From Cytophagaceae bacterium UBA7467 (GTDB lineage: Bacteria; Bacteroidota; Bacteroidia; Cytophagales; Spirosomataceae), in contig DLPD01000013.1 of NCBI GenBank assembly GCA_002479785.1, forward strand, positions 16,726 through 80,725: a DNA stretch of 64,000 nucleotides, read 5' to 3'. The position numbers and the translations under genes are program-made. Positions 20,289 to 30,312 of the stretch are shown here, in pieces. Numbering within the stretch: the first letter of the stretch is position 1; every line of letters starts with the position of its first letter. The notes below the pieces were generated by a model. It was not told the DNA's origin. It saw nothing but the letters and a program-made list of their open reading frames with translations, and searched no databases.

Positions 20289-21022
20289 TGAAAAAAATCG
20301 CCCTTTTTTGTTTGTTCTCCATCGCCCTACAAGCGCAAAGTCCGCTATTGAAGGCGCATGCTCATAATGATTACGAACACGAAAGGCCCTTTTTTGATGC
20401 TTTTCAATTAGGTTTCGGTTCTATTGAGGCAGACGTTTATGCGGTGAATGGCGAATTATTAGTGGGGCACGAACGCGCCCACCTAAGCCTGAATCGGAAT
20501 TTAAAGGATTTGTATATCGATCCGATTATTCGCGTTCTGAAAGCCAATAAAGAAGGTAATTTCCATCAATTATTGATTGATTCAAAGACATCAGCTGATT
20601 CTACTTTGCCACTTATTATTGCCGCTTTGAAGCCCCATGCGGAAATTATTCAACAAAAAGGTTTTCGGATAGTTATTTCAGGCAATCGACCTACACCTGC
20701 TAAGTACATTGAGTCACCCGCTTGGATTACGTTTGATGGGCGCTCAGATGAGCGTTTTCCTACTTCTAAAGTAGTGTTAGAAAGTGAATCGATGTTGAAG
20801 TTTGGCTTTTGGAATGGTCAAGGTCCTATCCCTGCCACTTTAAAAGAAAAACTCAAAAACTACGTGGATCAAGTTCATGCAAATGGCCGAAAAGTACGTC
20901 TGTGGGCTACCCCAGATTCGCTTTTAGGCTACCAAGCCTTGTTAGCTATTGGAGTAGATTACATCGGGACCGATAAGCTCAGTCTTTTAGCAGATTATTT
21001 GAAATTCAGCGAGAGTAAATAA
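20288..21022 (+). CDS. Secreted GDPD/PLC-like phosphodiesterase (AIM6-like)
   Basis: Signal peptide; HAHNDY, SIEADV, LVGH, LLIDSK, KVRLWATPD, GVDYIGTD. Confidence 0.7.
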   Translation: MKKIALFCLFSIALQAQSPLLKAHAHNDYEHERPFFDAFQLGFGSIEADVYAVNGELLVGHERAHLSLNRNLKDLYIDPIIRVLKANKEGNFHQLLIDSKTSADSTLPLIIAALKPHAEIIQQKGFRIVISGNRPTPAKYIESPAWITFDGRSDERFPTSKVVLESESMLKFGFWNGQGPIPATLKEKLKNYVDQVHANGRKVRLWATPDSLLGYQALLAIGVDYIGTDKLSLLADYLKFSESK

Positions 21023-21058
21023 GCTGGGATAGAGGCTTTTAGAATAAAACCTCTTTCT

Positions 21059-21943
21059 ATGACAACTAGACGCGAATTTCTGATTAAATCCTCATTGTTT
21101 TCGGTAGCCCTTAGCCTTCCGGCTTTTGGAAAAGCGAAAAAATCCTATTCTATGGGTTATTCTGCCATTACTTGGAGTGGCCAAGATGAACAAGCGATTC
21201 AAGAAATTTCAGCACTGGGCTTTAAAGGTATTCAGTTACGTGCAAATACCTATGCGAAATACAAGGATAATGTGGCTGCTTTAAAAGCGTTATTGGATCA
21301 ATCAGGCTTGCAATTATGCATGTTTTCGAGCGGAAATGTGGAGATTGATCCTGCCAAAGTAGAGGCATCTATCGCCCAGCATGTCAAACATGCTTCTTTT
21401 GTCAAAGCTTTAGGTGGAACCTCGATTCAATTAACTAACTCTTTGCGCAAGAAAGGGGTGAAGCCGGAGGAGAAAGACTTAATTCGTTTAGCAGAAGTGA
21501 TGAATGAAATCGGTGCTAAAACGAAGGAAATTGGCATTCAAGCCACCTACCATAACCACATGGACCAGTTTGGGGAGACGCCAGAGGAAGTTGAATTGCT
21601 GGTTAATCACATGGATTCTACTAAAGTAAAATTACTTTTAGATGTTGCTCATTATTACCAAGGTGGAGGTAACCCTGCAGAAGCGGTGTTGAAATACAAA
21701 AAGGTATTGCACTCGCTTCACGTAAAGGATGTTCGTCAAACGGAGCCTCGCTATCGTTTTGTTGAGCTTGGCCAAGGCAAAGTGAATTTAGAGGAGGTGT
21801 TCGCGAATTTGGACAAAATTAAATTCAAAGGCTTCGCCATTGTGGAATTAGATGCAGTTCCAGACGCCGGAAAAACACCATTATCTTGTGCACAGACCAG
21901 TAAGGTATTTTTAAAAGATAAAATTCAGTATCCTTTTTCTTAA
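21059..21943 (+). CDS. Tat-exported sugar phosphate isomerase/epimerase (IolE-like TIM barrel)
   Basis: TRREFL twin-arginine signal; YHNH, LDVAH, HVKD, ELGQG, VELD. Confidence 0.8.
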   Translation: MTTRREFLIKSSLFSVALSLPAFGKAKKSYSMGYSAITWSGQDEQAIQEISALGFKGIQLRANTYAKYKDNVAALKALLDQSGLQLCMFSSGNVEIDPAKVEASIAQHVKHASFVKALGGTSIQLTNSLRKKGVKPEEKDLIRLAEVMNEIGAKTKEIGIQATYHNHMDQFGETPEEVELLVNHMDSTKVKLLLDVAHYYQGGGNPAEAVLKYKKVLHSLHVKDVRQTEPRYRFVELGQGKVNLEEVFANLDKIKFKGFAIVELDAVPDAGKTPLSCAQTSKVFLKDKIQYPFS

Positions 21944-21966
21944 ATTGCAGCCTAATTGATATTCAG

Positions 21967-23181
21967 ATGGCTAGTAAAAAGGATCCTGCAATTGGATTTA
22001 TCTTCGTTACCTTATTAATTGATGTTCTTGGAATTGGATTAATTATCCCCGTTTTACCCACCCTTATTAAGGGTTTTGTGGGAGGAGATATATCCGTAGC
22101 TTCTCAATATGCCGGCTGGCTAATGGCTTCTTATGCGATAATGCAGTTCTTATTTTCCCCAGTTTTGGGCGGATTATCGGATCAAGTGGGTCGCCGCCCC
22201 GTTATTTTAGCCTCTTTATTTGGCTTTACGATTGATTATTTAGTGCTGGCTTTTGCTCCTAATATCACCTGGTTGTTTATTGGTCGGATTATGTCAGGAA
22301 TTACGGGAGCCAGTTTTACCACGGCTCAGGCTTACATTGCTGATGTTTCAAAGCCAGAAGATCGCGCGAAAAATTTTGGCGTGGTTGGTGCAGCTTTTGG
22401 TGTTGGGTTCATCATTGGTCCTGCGATAGGAGGCATGCTTGCTTCCTATGGAGACCGAATTCCATTCTTTGCTGCAGCTGGTTTGACCTTAATGAATGGA
22501 ATTTATGGCTATTTTGTCTTGCCAGAGTCATTGGCAAAATCAAATCGCCGCCCGTTTGATATTAGCCGAGCAAATCCTTTGGGATCCTTAAAAAACCTAA
22601 CAAAATATCCTTTGATTGCTGGTTTAGTGGGGGGATTTTTCTGCTTACAATTAGCGGGTCAAGTACATCCAAGTACTTGGTCCTATTTTACGATGAAAGT
22701 ATTTGGCTGGACACCTGATCAGGTAGGCTATTCCTTAGCCTTTGTGGGATTAATTGTAGCGATTGTCCAAGGAGGGTTAGCTCGGGTGATTTTGCCCAAA
22801 CTAGGCGAAATACGAGCCATTTCTTATGGTCTATTGCTGTATGGTATGGGATTTTTTATGTTTGCTTATGCGACTAAATCGTGGATGATGTATGCCTTTA
22901 TGATTCCATTCGGATTAGGTGGAATTGCTGGACCAGCGCTTCAAAGTCTGATTACCCAGCAAGTAGGTCCGAATGAACAGGGTGAATTGCAAGGAGGATT
23001 AACCAGTTTGCAATCGATTACGACGATTTTTGGCCCACTCTTAGCCTCTAATTTATTTGCCTATTTTGCATCTGAGCGCGCGCCTATATTATTTCCAGGA
23101 GCCGCCTTTTTTATGGCTGCTATTTTAGTGCTTGTTGGATGGTTTATCGTTATGCGTTCCATCCCTAAGAAAGCACAATAA
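21967..23181 (+). CDS. TCR/Tet-family MFS transporter
   Basis: Motif [37 protein letters not shown]; about 12 TMs. Confidence 0.9.
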   Translation: MASKKDPAIGFIFVTLLIDVLGIGLIIPVLPTLIKGFVGGDISVASQYAGWLMASYAIMQFLFSPVLGGLSDQVGRRPVILASLFGFTIDYLVLAFAPNITWLFIGRIMSGITGASFTTAQAYIADVSKPEDRAKNFGVVGAAFGVGFIIGPAIGGMLASYGDRIPFFAAAGLTLMNGIYGYFVLPESLAKSNRRPFDISRANPLGSLKNLTKYPLIAGLVGGFFCLQLAGQVHPSTWSYFTMKVFGWTPDQVGYSLAFVGLIVAIVQGGLARVILPKLGEIRAISYGLLLYGMGFFMFAYATKSWMMYAFMIPFGLGGIAGPALQSLITQQVGPNEQGELQGGLTSLQSITTIFGPLLASNLFAYFASERAPILFPGAAFFMAAILVLVGWFIVMRSIPKKAQ

Positions 23182-23215
23182 TTTTACTATCTTTCGAAAA
23201 ATAAATCCTTAAAGA

Positions 23216-23947
23216 ATGAAAACAATGTTCAAATCAATTTGCCTTGTGGCAGGAATTCTTTTCACAACGGCAGTTTCTGCGCAATCGACGGAGGAAATTT
23301 TAGCTAAACACGAAGCGGCCATGGGTGGCGCGGAGAAATGGGCTGAAGTGAAGACGGCAGTCGTAAAAAATAAATTCAGTGTTCAGGGAATGGACATTGA
23401 AAGCAAAACTTCTTTAGTAATCGGAAAATCATTTCGAACAGAGGTAGAAGTAATGGGTAATAAAATTATTACCGTCATCGATGGTGACAAAGGTTGGATG
23501 AATCGCCCGGCTATGATGGGTGGAACTGGTCAACCTGAAGATATGCCTTCAGATCAGGTTAAAATGGCTAGCTCTCAAAAGACACTAGGTTCTATTTTAA
23601 CCAATGCGAAAAAAGAGGGTTACAAGATCGAATTAGTTTCTAAGGAAAAGTTGGATGGAGCTGATGTGTATCTTTTGACGGTTACGAAGCCTTCTGGTGA
23701 AGACAGTAAGGTATATGTTTCAACAGCTACTCATTTTGTGGTGAAGACTCAGGCTAAAGTTCAGGTAAATGGCCAAGAAGTTGAATCAGAAGTGAGCTTT
23801 TCTAATTATAAAATGGTCAATGGCTTAGCTTTTCCTCATACGGTAGAAACAGCTAATCCTATGGGAGGTATGATGACGGTAGAAACCGTATCGGTGGAAA
23901 TTAATCCTACTATTGATCCAGTAATCTTTGCTAAACCAAGTAAATAA
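23216..23947 (+). CDS. Secreted LolA-like / outer-membrane lipoprotein-sorting-type protein
   Basis: Signal peptide; EEILAKHEAAMGG, FSNYKMVNGLAFPH, VEINPTIDPVIF. Confidence 0.55.
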   Translation: MKTMFKSICLVAGILFTTAVSAQSTEEILAKHEAAMGGAEKWAEVKTAVVKNKFSVQGMDIESKTSLVIGKSFRTEVEVMGNKIITVIDGDKGWMNRPAMMGGTGQPEDMPSDQVKMASSQKTLGSILTNAKKEGYKIELVSKEKLDGADVYLLTVTKPSGEDSKVYVSTATHFVVKTQAKVQVNGQEVESEVSFSNYKMVNGLAFPHTVETANPMGGMMTVETVSVEINPTIDPVIFAKPSK

Positions 23948-23967
23948 TCAAGTGATTTTCGCTTCAT

Positions 23968-24001
23968 AAAAAAAGGGCTTCAGAAATGAAGCCCTTTTTT
24001 T
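23968..24001. terminator. Bidirectional intrinsic terminator
   Basis: aaaaaaagggcttca-gaaa-tgaagcccttttttt between convergent genes. Confidence 0.9.
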
Positions 24002-24920
24002 AGGGTAAAAATTGTTGGATATGATTTCGGGCACTTCGAATCGCCTTGTCTATATCCTCTTCAGAGCCTTCATAAGCCTTATCTTCTACTTCAATCACGA
24101 TAGGTCCTCGGTAACGAACGTCGTTCAAAGCAGAAATGAACTTACCCCAATGAATATCGCCTTGTCCTGGTATTTTAGGTGAATGGTAGTCAAGTGGATT
24201 CGCTAATATTCCAACTCGGTTTAATTTCTCAGGATACACTTTTACATCTTTTAAGTGTACATGGTGAATTCGGTCCGCATAATGATAGATAGGGTAGGTG
24301 TAGTCCATCATTTGGAAAACCATATGGGATGGATCATAATTTAGACCAAAATTCGAAGACGGAATTATCGTAAATAACTTATCCCAAATCTTGGGAGTAG
24401 TCATCAAATTCTTCCCGCCTGGCCATTCGTCATCTGTGAAAAACATAGGACAATTCTCGATCCCTATTTTGATCTGAAGCGAATCTGCTAAAGCGATAAT
24501 TTCCGGCCAAACCTCCGTAAATCGACTGATATTAAAGGCCACATTCTTGGTATAATCACGTCCTACAAAGGTATTCACACGCGAAATGCCTAAAACGGCG
24601 GCCGCTTTAATGACTTTCTTGATATGCTCTCGATAAAAAGCAGCTTGTATTTCATCTGGATCTAGTGGATTTGGATAATACCCGAGAGCGGATATTTTAA
24701 CCGGATGTTGGGCTAATTTATCTTTTAACGCGATAAGATCCTCCTTTGACATTTGGTCAACTGAAATGTGAGAAACGCCTGCATACCTCCGTGCATCAGA
24801 AGAGGAGGATGGCCAACACATCACTTCAACACAGGCAAAGTGTTGCAGCTGAGCGTAATCTAATACCTCAAAAAGGCTTTTATGAGGAAGTATAGCTGAA
24901 ACAAATCCGAGATCTAGCAT
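24000..24920 (-). CDS. Sugar phosphate isomerase/epimerase (xylose-isomerase-like TIM barrel)
   Basis: IENCPM, GLNYDPSH, HVHLKD, PGQGDIHW, IEVED. Confidence 0.85.
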   Translation of the reverse strand: MLDLGFVSAILPHKSLFEVLDYAQLQHFACVEVMCWPSSSSDARRYAGVSHISVDQMSKEDLIALKDKLAQHPVKISALGYYPNPLDPDEIQAAFYREHIKKVIKAAAVLGISRVNTFVGRDYTKNVAFNISRFTEVWPEIIALADSLQIKIGIENCPMFFTDDEWPGGKNLMTTPKIWDKLFTIIPSSNFGLNYDPSHMVFQMMDYTYPIYHYADRIHHVHLKDVKVYPEKLNRVGILANPLDYHSPKIPGQGDIHWGKFISALNDVRYRGPIVIEVEDKAYEGSEEDIDKAIRSARNHIQQFLP

Positions 24921-24921
24921 C

Positions 24922-25281
24922 TTAGTATTTCTTTTTTTCTAAGCCATAAAACAAAGCAAATGAAGCGGTCGCAATCCAAAGGCCGACAGCCTCTCTTGCT
25001 AATTCTTGATTATGAGTCTTCATACTCAAGCCATCTGTTAAGAATCCTTCCCAAGCTGTCATTTCTACCCATAATTGCAATCCGGCAAAAAAGGATAGGG
25101 CAACTAATACAATTAATAATTCAGGATTCGTTTTTCCCCGCATTGCTTGTAATGAGGTATAAACGGCAGTTGCATATACGGGAACCCACAAAATAGGATC
25201 AGGATCATTCAACTGCCAATACGTGAATAGCAAAAAAACAAGGCTAAAAAAACCTCCCAAAATGAATTGCACGTTTCTCAT
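24922..25281 (-). CDS. TMEM220-family membrane protein
   Basis: QLNDPDPILWV..Y and ELAREAVGL motifs; 4 TMs. Confidence 0.75.
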   Translation of the reverse strand: MRNVQFILGGFFSLVFLLFTYWQLNDPDPILWVPVYATAVYTSLQAMRGKTNPELLIVLVALSFFAGLQLWVEMTAWEGFLTDGLSMKTHNQELAREAVGLWIATASFALFYGLEKKKY

Positions 25282-25282
25282 A

Positions 25283-25987
25283 TTAATTACATAGGTTTCT
25301 TACAGCCTCTGAAGCTCCAGGATAATTCAGTTTTTGAGCTTGCTGAAAGGCTAGGCAGGCTTTTTCGTTTTCTTTTGATTTTATATAACTAAGGCCTAGC
25401 GCATAATAGGCTTTACCAAAATTCGGGTTTATCTCCGCCGCTTTGGCAAAATCAGCAATAGCCCCGGTAAAATTTTCTTCTTGGAATAGAATATTCCCTC
25501 GATTGTAATAGGCATTTATGTCTCGAGGAGCCAATTTGATGGCTTGTGTAAAATCAATTTTAGCTTTTGCTGGTTGCGCTAGGGCCGCATGGATAATCCC
25601 TCTTTGGAGATATCCTGCGCTGGAATCTGGCTGTGAAGTGATGGCTTTATCCGTTGGAGCTAAAGCTTTATCCCAAACACCTTGTTCCATTAAAACAGCC
25701 CCTAGATTCATTTGAGCCGTATATAAGGAGGGTTTTAATTCAATGGCTTTGCGATAAGCTGCTTCTGCCTCCGGATAATTTTTTTCTTGAAATAGGATGA
25801 CGCCTCGTAGATTATATGCTTCTGCTAAACCGGGGTTTTTCTCAATTGCTTTCTGTAATGCTTCTTTAGCAGAAAGCGTTTCTCCTTTCTTAAGACGTGC
25901 TTTCGCTTCATCTAACCAAGCCTCTCCAGAAGTAGAACATGCCCAGGCAACGCAAAGGCTTAAAAATAGAATCAATTTTTTCATCAT
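25283..25987 (-). CDS. TPR-repeat lipoprotein
   Basis: Lipobox-like AWAC; repeated AYNLRG/AYYNRG...AI.L.P units. Confidence 0.85.
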   Translation of the reverse strand: MMKKLILFLSLCVAWACSTSGEAWLDEAKARLKKGETLSAKEALQKAIEKNPGLAEAYNLRGVILFQEKNYPEAEAAYRKAIELKPSLYTAQMNLGAVLMEQGVWDKALAPTDKAITSQPDSSAGYLQRGIIHAALAQPAKAKIDFTQAIKLAPRDINAYYNRGNILFQEENFTGAIADFAKAAEINPNFGKAYYALGLSYIKSKENEKACLAFQQAQKLNYPGASEAVRNLCN

Positions 25988-26059
25988 TTAAAGTTAAGGG
26001 GCTATTCCAAAAAAACGATATTTATTTTGAAAAAACCTGCTTTTTTGCCATCTTTGTCC

Positions 26060-26139
26060 TGGCAAATTACCAGCTCCCGCTGAATCCCCCAGGTCTTGAT
26101 CGAAGCAAGGGTAGGTCGGTCGTAGCGGTGAATTTGCCA
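26060..26139 (+). ncRNA. ffs: Signal recognition particle (4.5S) RNA
   Basis: Closing helix tggcaaatt/aatttgcca; ccgct/agcgg stem; helix-8 signature CAGG...AGCA (26090-26107); trailing U-run; CATCTTTG -7-like box at 26049-26056. Confidence 0.8.
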
Positions 26140-26164
26140 TTTTTTTGTTATAAAAATCTGACCT

Positions 26165-26821
26165 ATGAAATTTTTTATCGATACAGCGAACCTAGCACAA
26201 ATTAAAGAAGCACAAGATTTAGGTGTTTTAGATGGTGTTACAACAAACCCTTCCTTAATGGCTAAAGAAGGAATCACCGGAAAAGACAATGTATTACGTC
26301 ATTACAAAGCAATTTGTGATATTGTAGACGGAGATGTGTCTGCTGAAGTAATCGCCACAGATTATGAAGGTATGATTCGCGAAGGTGAAGAATTAGCGGA
26401 GCTCGATGAGAAAATCGTAGTTAAGATTCCCATGATCAAGGACGGTATCAAGGCCTTGAAATATTTTTCAGAAAGAGGAATTAAAACGAATTGTACACTT
26501 GTATTCTCTGCAGGGCAAGCTTTGTTAGCTGCTAAAGCAGGTGCAACCTACGTTTCCCCTTTCATCGGACGTTTAGATGATATCTCTTTCGATGGTATAG
26601 AATTGATCGAACAAATTCGGTTAATCTATGATAACTATGAATTTGATACTCAAATCTTAGCAGCCTCTGTTCGTCACCCTATGCACATCATTAAATGTGC
26701 AGAAGCTGCAGCTGATGTGATGACAGGTCCTTTATCTGCTATGCTTGCTTTATTAAAGCACCCATTGACAGATAATGGTTTAGCACAATTTTTAGCGGAT
26801 CACGCAAAAGCAAATTCTTAA
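26165..26821 (+). CDS. fsa: Transaldolase / fructose-6-phosphate aldolase
   Basis: [44 protein letters not shown]. Confidence 0.93.
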   Translation: MKFFIDTANLAQIKEAQDLGVLDGVTTNPSLMAKEGITGKDNVLRHYKAICDIVDGDVSAEVIATDYEGMIREGEELAELDEKIVVKIPMIKDGIKALKYFSERGIKTNCTLVFSAGQALLAAKAGATYVSPFIGRLDDISFDGIELIEQIRLIYDNYEFDTQILAASVRHPMHIIKCAEAAADVMTGPLSAMLALLKHPLTDNGLAQFLADHAKANS

Positions 26822-26839
26822 TTAACCTAGGCGATATTT

Positions 26840-27511
26840 ATGTCTGTTTTATCTTTTGAACAAGTAAGTATTTCACAAGAAGGTGTTAACACACTAGAAG
26901 ACATTAATTTAACAATTAATGAGGGGGATTTTTATTATTTAATTGGTAAAACAGGTAGCGGAAAGAGTACTTTTTTCCGTAGTATCATTGCGGAAATTGG
27001 TCTACAATCTGGGACAGCCTCGGTGGCAGGGTATTCATTGAATACCATCAAGCGATCAGAGGTTCCTTATTTAAGACGCAAGTTAGGCTTCGTTTTTCAA
27101 GATTTTCAATTGTTGACAGATCGCAATGTCGAGAAGAATTTGGCTTTCGTTTTAGAAGCGACAGGACATACAAGCAAGGATGAAATTCGATTCAAAATTG
27201 AGGAGGTTTTGGCGCGCGTGGGAATGAGTTCTGCCATTACTAAGCGAATTCATCGACTTTCTGGAGGAGAACAACAACGCATTTGTATCGCACGTGCCAT
27301 TCTGAATAATCCTGTATTGTTGTTAGCAGATGAGCCTACAGGCCATTTAGACCCAGAGGTTTCTTTGGAAATTATGCAGTTATTTAAGGAATTGAATCAA
27401 AGTGGAATGGCCATCATTATGGCGAGTCACGATTACACTACCATGGCTAAAGTTCCAGGCCAAATCCTAAAATGCGAAGGAGGTAAAATCTTCCCTGTCG
27501 TAAGTCTGTAG
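26840..27511 (+). CDS. ftsE: FtsE-like ABC ATPase
   Basis: GKTGSGKS, LRRKLGFVFQDFQLL, LSGGEQQR, LLADEPTG, SHD. Confidence 0.75.
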   Translation: MSVLSFEQVSISQEGVNTLEDINLTINEGDFYYLIGKTGSGKSTFFRSIIAEIGLQSGTASVAGYSLNTIKRSEVPYLRRKLGFVFQDFQLLTDRNVEKNLAFVLEATGHTSKDEIRFKIEEVLARVGMSSAITKRIHRLSGGEQQRICIARAILNNPVLLLADEPTGHLDPEVSLEIMQLFKELNQSGMAIIMASHDYTTMAKVPGQILKCEGGKIFPVVSL

Positions 27512-27513
27512 TC

Positions 27514-29079
27514 CTATTTTCCCGTATAGTAAATCACTGGAATAATACATTCCTCTAACGAGATGCCTCCGTGTTGGAAGGTATTTCTATAGTGGTTTAC
27601 GTATTGGTTGTAATTATTAGGGTAAGCAAAAAGATTGTCCTCTTTAGCGAAAACATAAGTTGTAGATACGTTTGGTTTAGGTAAGAAGATATTCTCCGGC
27701 TTACGGCAAACCATCATTTTGTTCGTCGCATCCCAGTTTAAATTTTTCCCCTGTTTGTAGCGCAAATTCGTATTGGTATTGCGATCTCCTACGATTTTAA
27801 TGGGATTTTGTACGCGAATCATCCCGTGGTCCGTGGTGATAATCACGCGACCTTTTTTCTCCGCTATCTTTTTCAATAAGTCGAAGAGGGGAGAATGCTG
27901 GAACCAGCTAGACGTTAAGCTGCGGTATGCTGATTCATCTGGGGCTAATTCTTTAATCATCGCCATATCTGTTCGGGCATGGGATAGCATGTCGACAAAG
28001 TTGTAGACGATGACATTAAAATCATTAGTTGCTAATTTGTTGAAATTATCAACTAATTGTTTTCCTTGGTATTGGTGAACAATCTTGTGATACGAGCTTT
28101 TAGCATTGATTCTCAATCGTTTCAATTGCTCCTGCAAGTAAAATTCCTCGTATTTATTATACCCCTCTTCATCTTCCGAATCCCCTAAATCATACACCCA
28201 TTTATCAGGATAATTCTTTGCCATTTCAGATGGCATCATCCCCGCAAAAATGGCATTTCGGGCATAAGCCGTGGTGGTAGGCAATATAGAGTAATAGTTG
28301 TTCTCAGACTCTAATTGGAAGTATTCTTGAATGTATTTATCTAGGGTTTTCCACTGATCAAATCGCAAATTATCAATCAATATAAAATAGAGTGGGCTCT
28401 TGTCGTTAATCTTCGGAAAAACGTGCTTCCGAAGCATTAGATGCGATAAAACAGGTGTTTCAGCATCCGGTTTTTGTAACCAATCTTCGTAATTGTTCTC
28501 GATGAATTTGCTAAAATGGGCATTTGCCTCATTTTTCTGATTGTTCAAAACCTCTGCCATCGATTTGTTTTCTGTGGTGTCGATTTCGAGTTCCCAATAG
28601 ACTAGCTTTTCGTAGATGTCGGACCATTCTTTGGCATTCAAATGATCCTGGTATTGCATCGATAATGCCAAAAACTCTTGCTGATAGGTGATATTTGTTT
28701 TCCCTTCCTCGAGTCTTTTCTTATCGAAAATTCGCTTGACAGAAAGTAGTAATTGATTGGGATTCAATGGCTTAATAAGGTAATCAGCAATCTTAGAGCC
28801 AATGGCGTCTTCCATTAATTCTTCCTCCTCTGATTTAGTAATCATGATCACTGGAAGGTTAGGTCTGATCTTTTTGATATGCAACAAAACCTCTAAACCG
28901 GACATTCCGGGCATATTTTCATCCAAGAATAAGATGTCAAACTTTTGAGTTTCTACTAATTCAAGCGCATCAGCCCCAGAATTAACCGTATAAACTTCAT
29001 ATCCTTTGCTCTCTAAAAACAAGATATAGGGTTTCAGTAAATCGATTTCATCGTCCGCCCAAAGTATTTTATACGTCAT
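27514..29079 (-). CDS. porX: PorX response regulator (REC + PglZ domain), T9SS-associated
   Basis: ILWADDEIDLLKP, LDENMPG, ITKSEEE, IDNLRFDQW, ILPTTTAYARNAIF, VDMLSHART, TTDHG, TFQHGGIS. Confidence 0.93.
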   Translation of the reverse strand: MTYKILWADDEIDLLKPYILFLESKGYEVYTVNSGADALELVETQKFDILFLDENMPGMSGLEVLLHIKKIRPNLPVIMITKSEEEELMEDAIGSKIADYLIKPLNPNQLLLSVKRIFDKKRLEEGKTNITYQQEFLALSMQYQDHLNAKEWSDIYEKLVYWELEIDTTENKSMAEVLNNQKNEANAHFSKFIENNYEDWLQKPDAETPVLSHLMLRKHVFPKINDKSPLYFILIDNLRFDQWKTLDKYIQEYFQLESENNYYSILPTTTAYARNAIFAGMMPSEMAKNYPDKWVYDLGDSEDEEGYNKYEEFYLQEQLKRLRINAKSSYHKIVHQYQGKQLVDNFNKLATNDFNVIVYNFVDMLSHARTDMAMIKELAPDESAYRSLTSSWFQHSPLFDLLKKIAEKKGRVIITTDHGMIRVQNPIKIVGDRNTNTNLRYKQGKNLNWDATNKMMVCRKPENIFLPKPNVSTTYVFAKEDNLFAYPNNYNQYVNHYRNTFQHGGISLEECIIPVIYYTGK

Positions 29080-29143
29080 TGCTCTTTTATTTACCTTTCA
29101 AGTCTAAAATTAGCTAATTTTACATCCACATCCACGTTAATAC

Positions 29144-29425
29144 ATGTTAATAGATCCTCCTGTTTATTTAACGGAATCTGCAGTTGAAAATCTGCGTTTA
29201 ATCTCCTTCCCTGAGCCTTTTCTTCGGGTGGGAATGCGCGGGGGAACTTGTGGAGGTACGTTTGTATTAGGATTCGATACTAAAACAGAGAATGATGAGG
29301 AGTACCTAATTGAAAATATACCCGTCATTATTGATCGAAGAGAATTGTTATTTGTCCTAGGTACGGAGATTTCATATGAAGTCCAAGGCAATGGTTTTTA
29401 CCTTCATAAACCCGCTAAATCATGA
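29144..29425 (+). CDS. HesB/IscA-like protein lacking the C-terminal CxC motif
   Basis: LTESAV...LRVGMRGGTCGG..LGFD...VIID...GTEI..GF; only one Cys. Confidence 0.7.
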   Translation: MLIDPPVYLTESAVENLRLISFPEPFLRVGMRGGTCGGTFVLGFDTKTENDEEYLIENIPVIIDRRELLFVLGTEISYEVQGNGFYLHKPAKS

Positions 29426-30312
29426 AATTTGCAGCCATAGATATTGGATCTAACGCCGCCCGCCTTCAAATATCGAGTGTGTTAGAAAATGATGGTATCA
29501 TCAGTTTTAAGCGGATTGAGTATGTTCGTTTTGCCCTTCGATTAGGACACGACGTATTTAGTGATGGAGCTATATCTCCAGAATCAGAGGTCCGGATTTT
29601 TAAACTCTTGCATGCCTATAAATTATTGATGGACCTGCACGAAGTGAAAGATTATGCCATTTGTGCGACATCAGCCATGCGCGAAGCATCTAATTCTGCC
29701 GAAATAATTACGCGTATACACAAGATTTTGGATATGAAAATCCAAATAATTGATGGTAGCCGTGAAGCGGAATTAATCAATGATGTGGTGGTTCAGTCTT
29801 TACATCCGAAAAAAAACTACTTGCATATCGATGTGGGCGGAGGTAGTACGGAATTGAATATCTACCGTCATAGAGAAAAACTAGCTTCTAAATCCTTTAA
29901 AATTGGGTCTGTGCGCTTACTGGAAGGGACAGAAAAAGAGGGGGATTGGGAGAAGATGAGGAATTGGATATCCCACCAAAAAGAATTGATTTCTGGTGAT
30001 ATTGAGGCAATTGGTACAGGTGGTAATATTGCCAAATTATTTAATTTATCGAAGCCTGCAGCGGAAGAAAAATCCATGACATTTGATGCCTTATTTGAGA
30101 TGGCAGCCTATGTGGGCTCTTTTTCGTTTGAAGAACGTGTCAATAAATTACGTTTAAATACGGACCGGGCTGACGTGATTGTACCGGCAGCATCCATTTA
30201 TTTGACAGCGATGGAATTAGGAGGTTGCAAGTCGATTTTAGTGCCTGATTTAGGACTAAAAGATGGGATACTCCAAATGCTCTACGATCGTTATTTAAAT
30301 CGGAAGAAATAA
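29422..30312 (+). CDS. ppx: Ppx/GppA family exopolyphosphatase
   Basis: AAIDIGSNA, CATSAMREA, IDGSREA, IDVGGGSTE, IGSVR, DRADVI, GLKDG. Confidence 0.9.
   Translation: MKFAAIDIGSNAARLQISSVLENDGIISFKRIEYVRFALRLGHDVFSDGAISPESEVRIFKLLHAYKLLMDLHEVKDYAICATSAMREASNSAEIITRIHKILDMKIQIIDGSREAELINDVVVQSLHPKKNYLHIDVGGGSTELNIYRHREKLASKSFKIGSVRLLEGTEKEGDWEKMRNWISHQKELISGDIEAIGTGGNIAKLFNLSKPAAEEKSMTFDALFEMAAYVGSFSFEERVNKLRLNTDRADVIVPAASIYLTAMELGGCKSILVPDLGLKDGILQMLYDRYLNRKK

Noticed and set aside
21967-23181. Acquired tetracycline resistance gene
   Set aside because: Generic TCR-family MFS with no tetR, no mobile element and no visible compositional shift
25939-26289. Two short ORFs over the SRP RNA locus
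   Set aside because: Better explained by the structured RNA and overlaps with flanking genes
26840-27511. ftsE without an adjacent ftsX
   Set aside because: Separation of ftsE and ftsX is, to my knowledge, common in Bacteroidota
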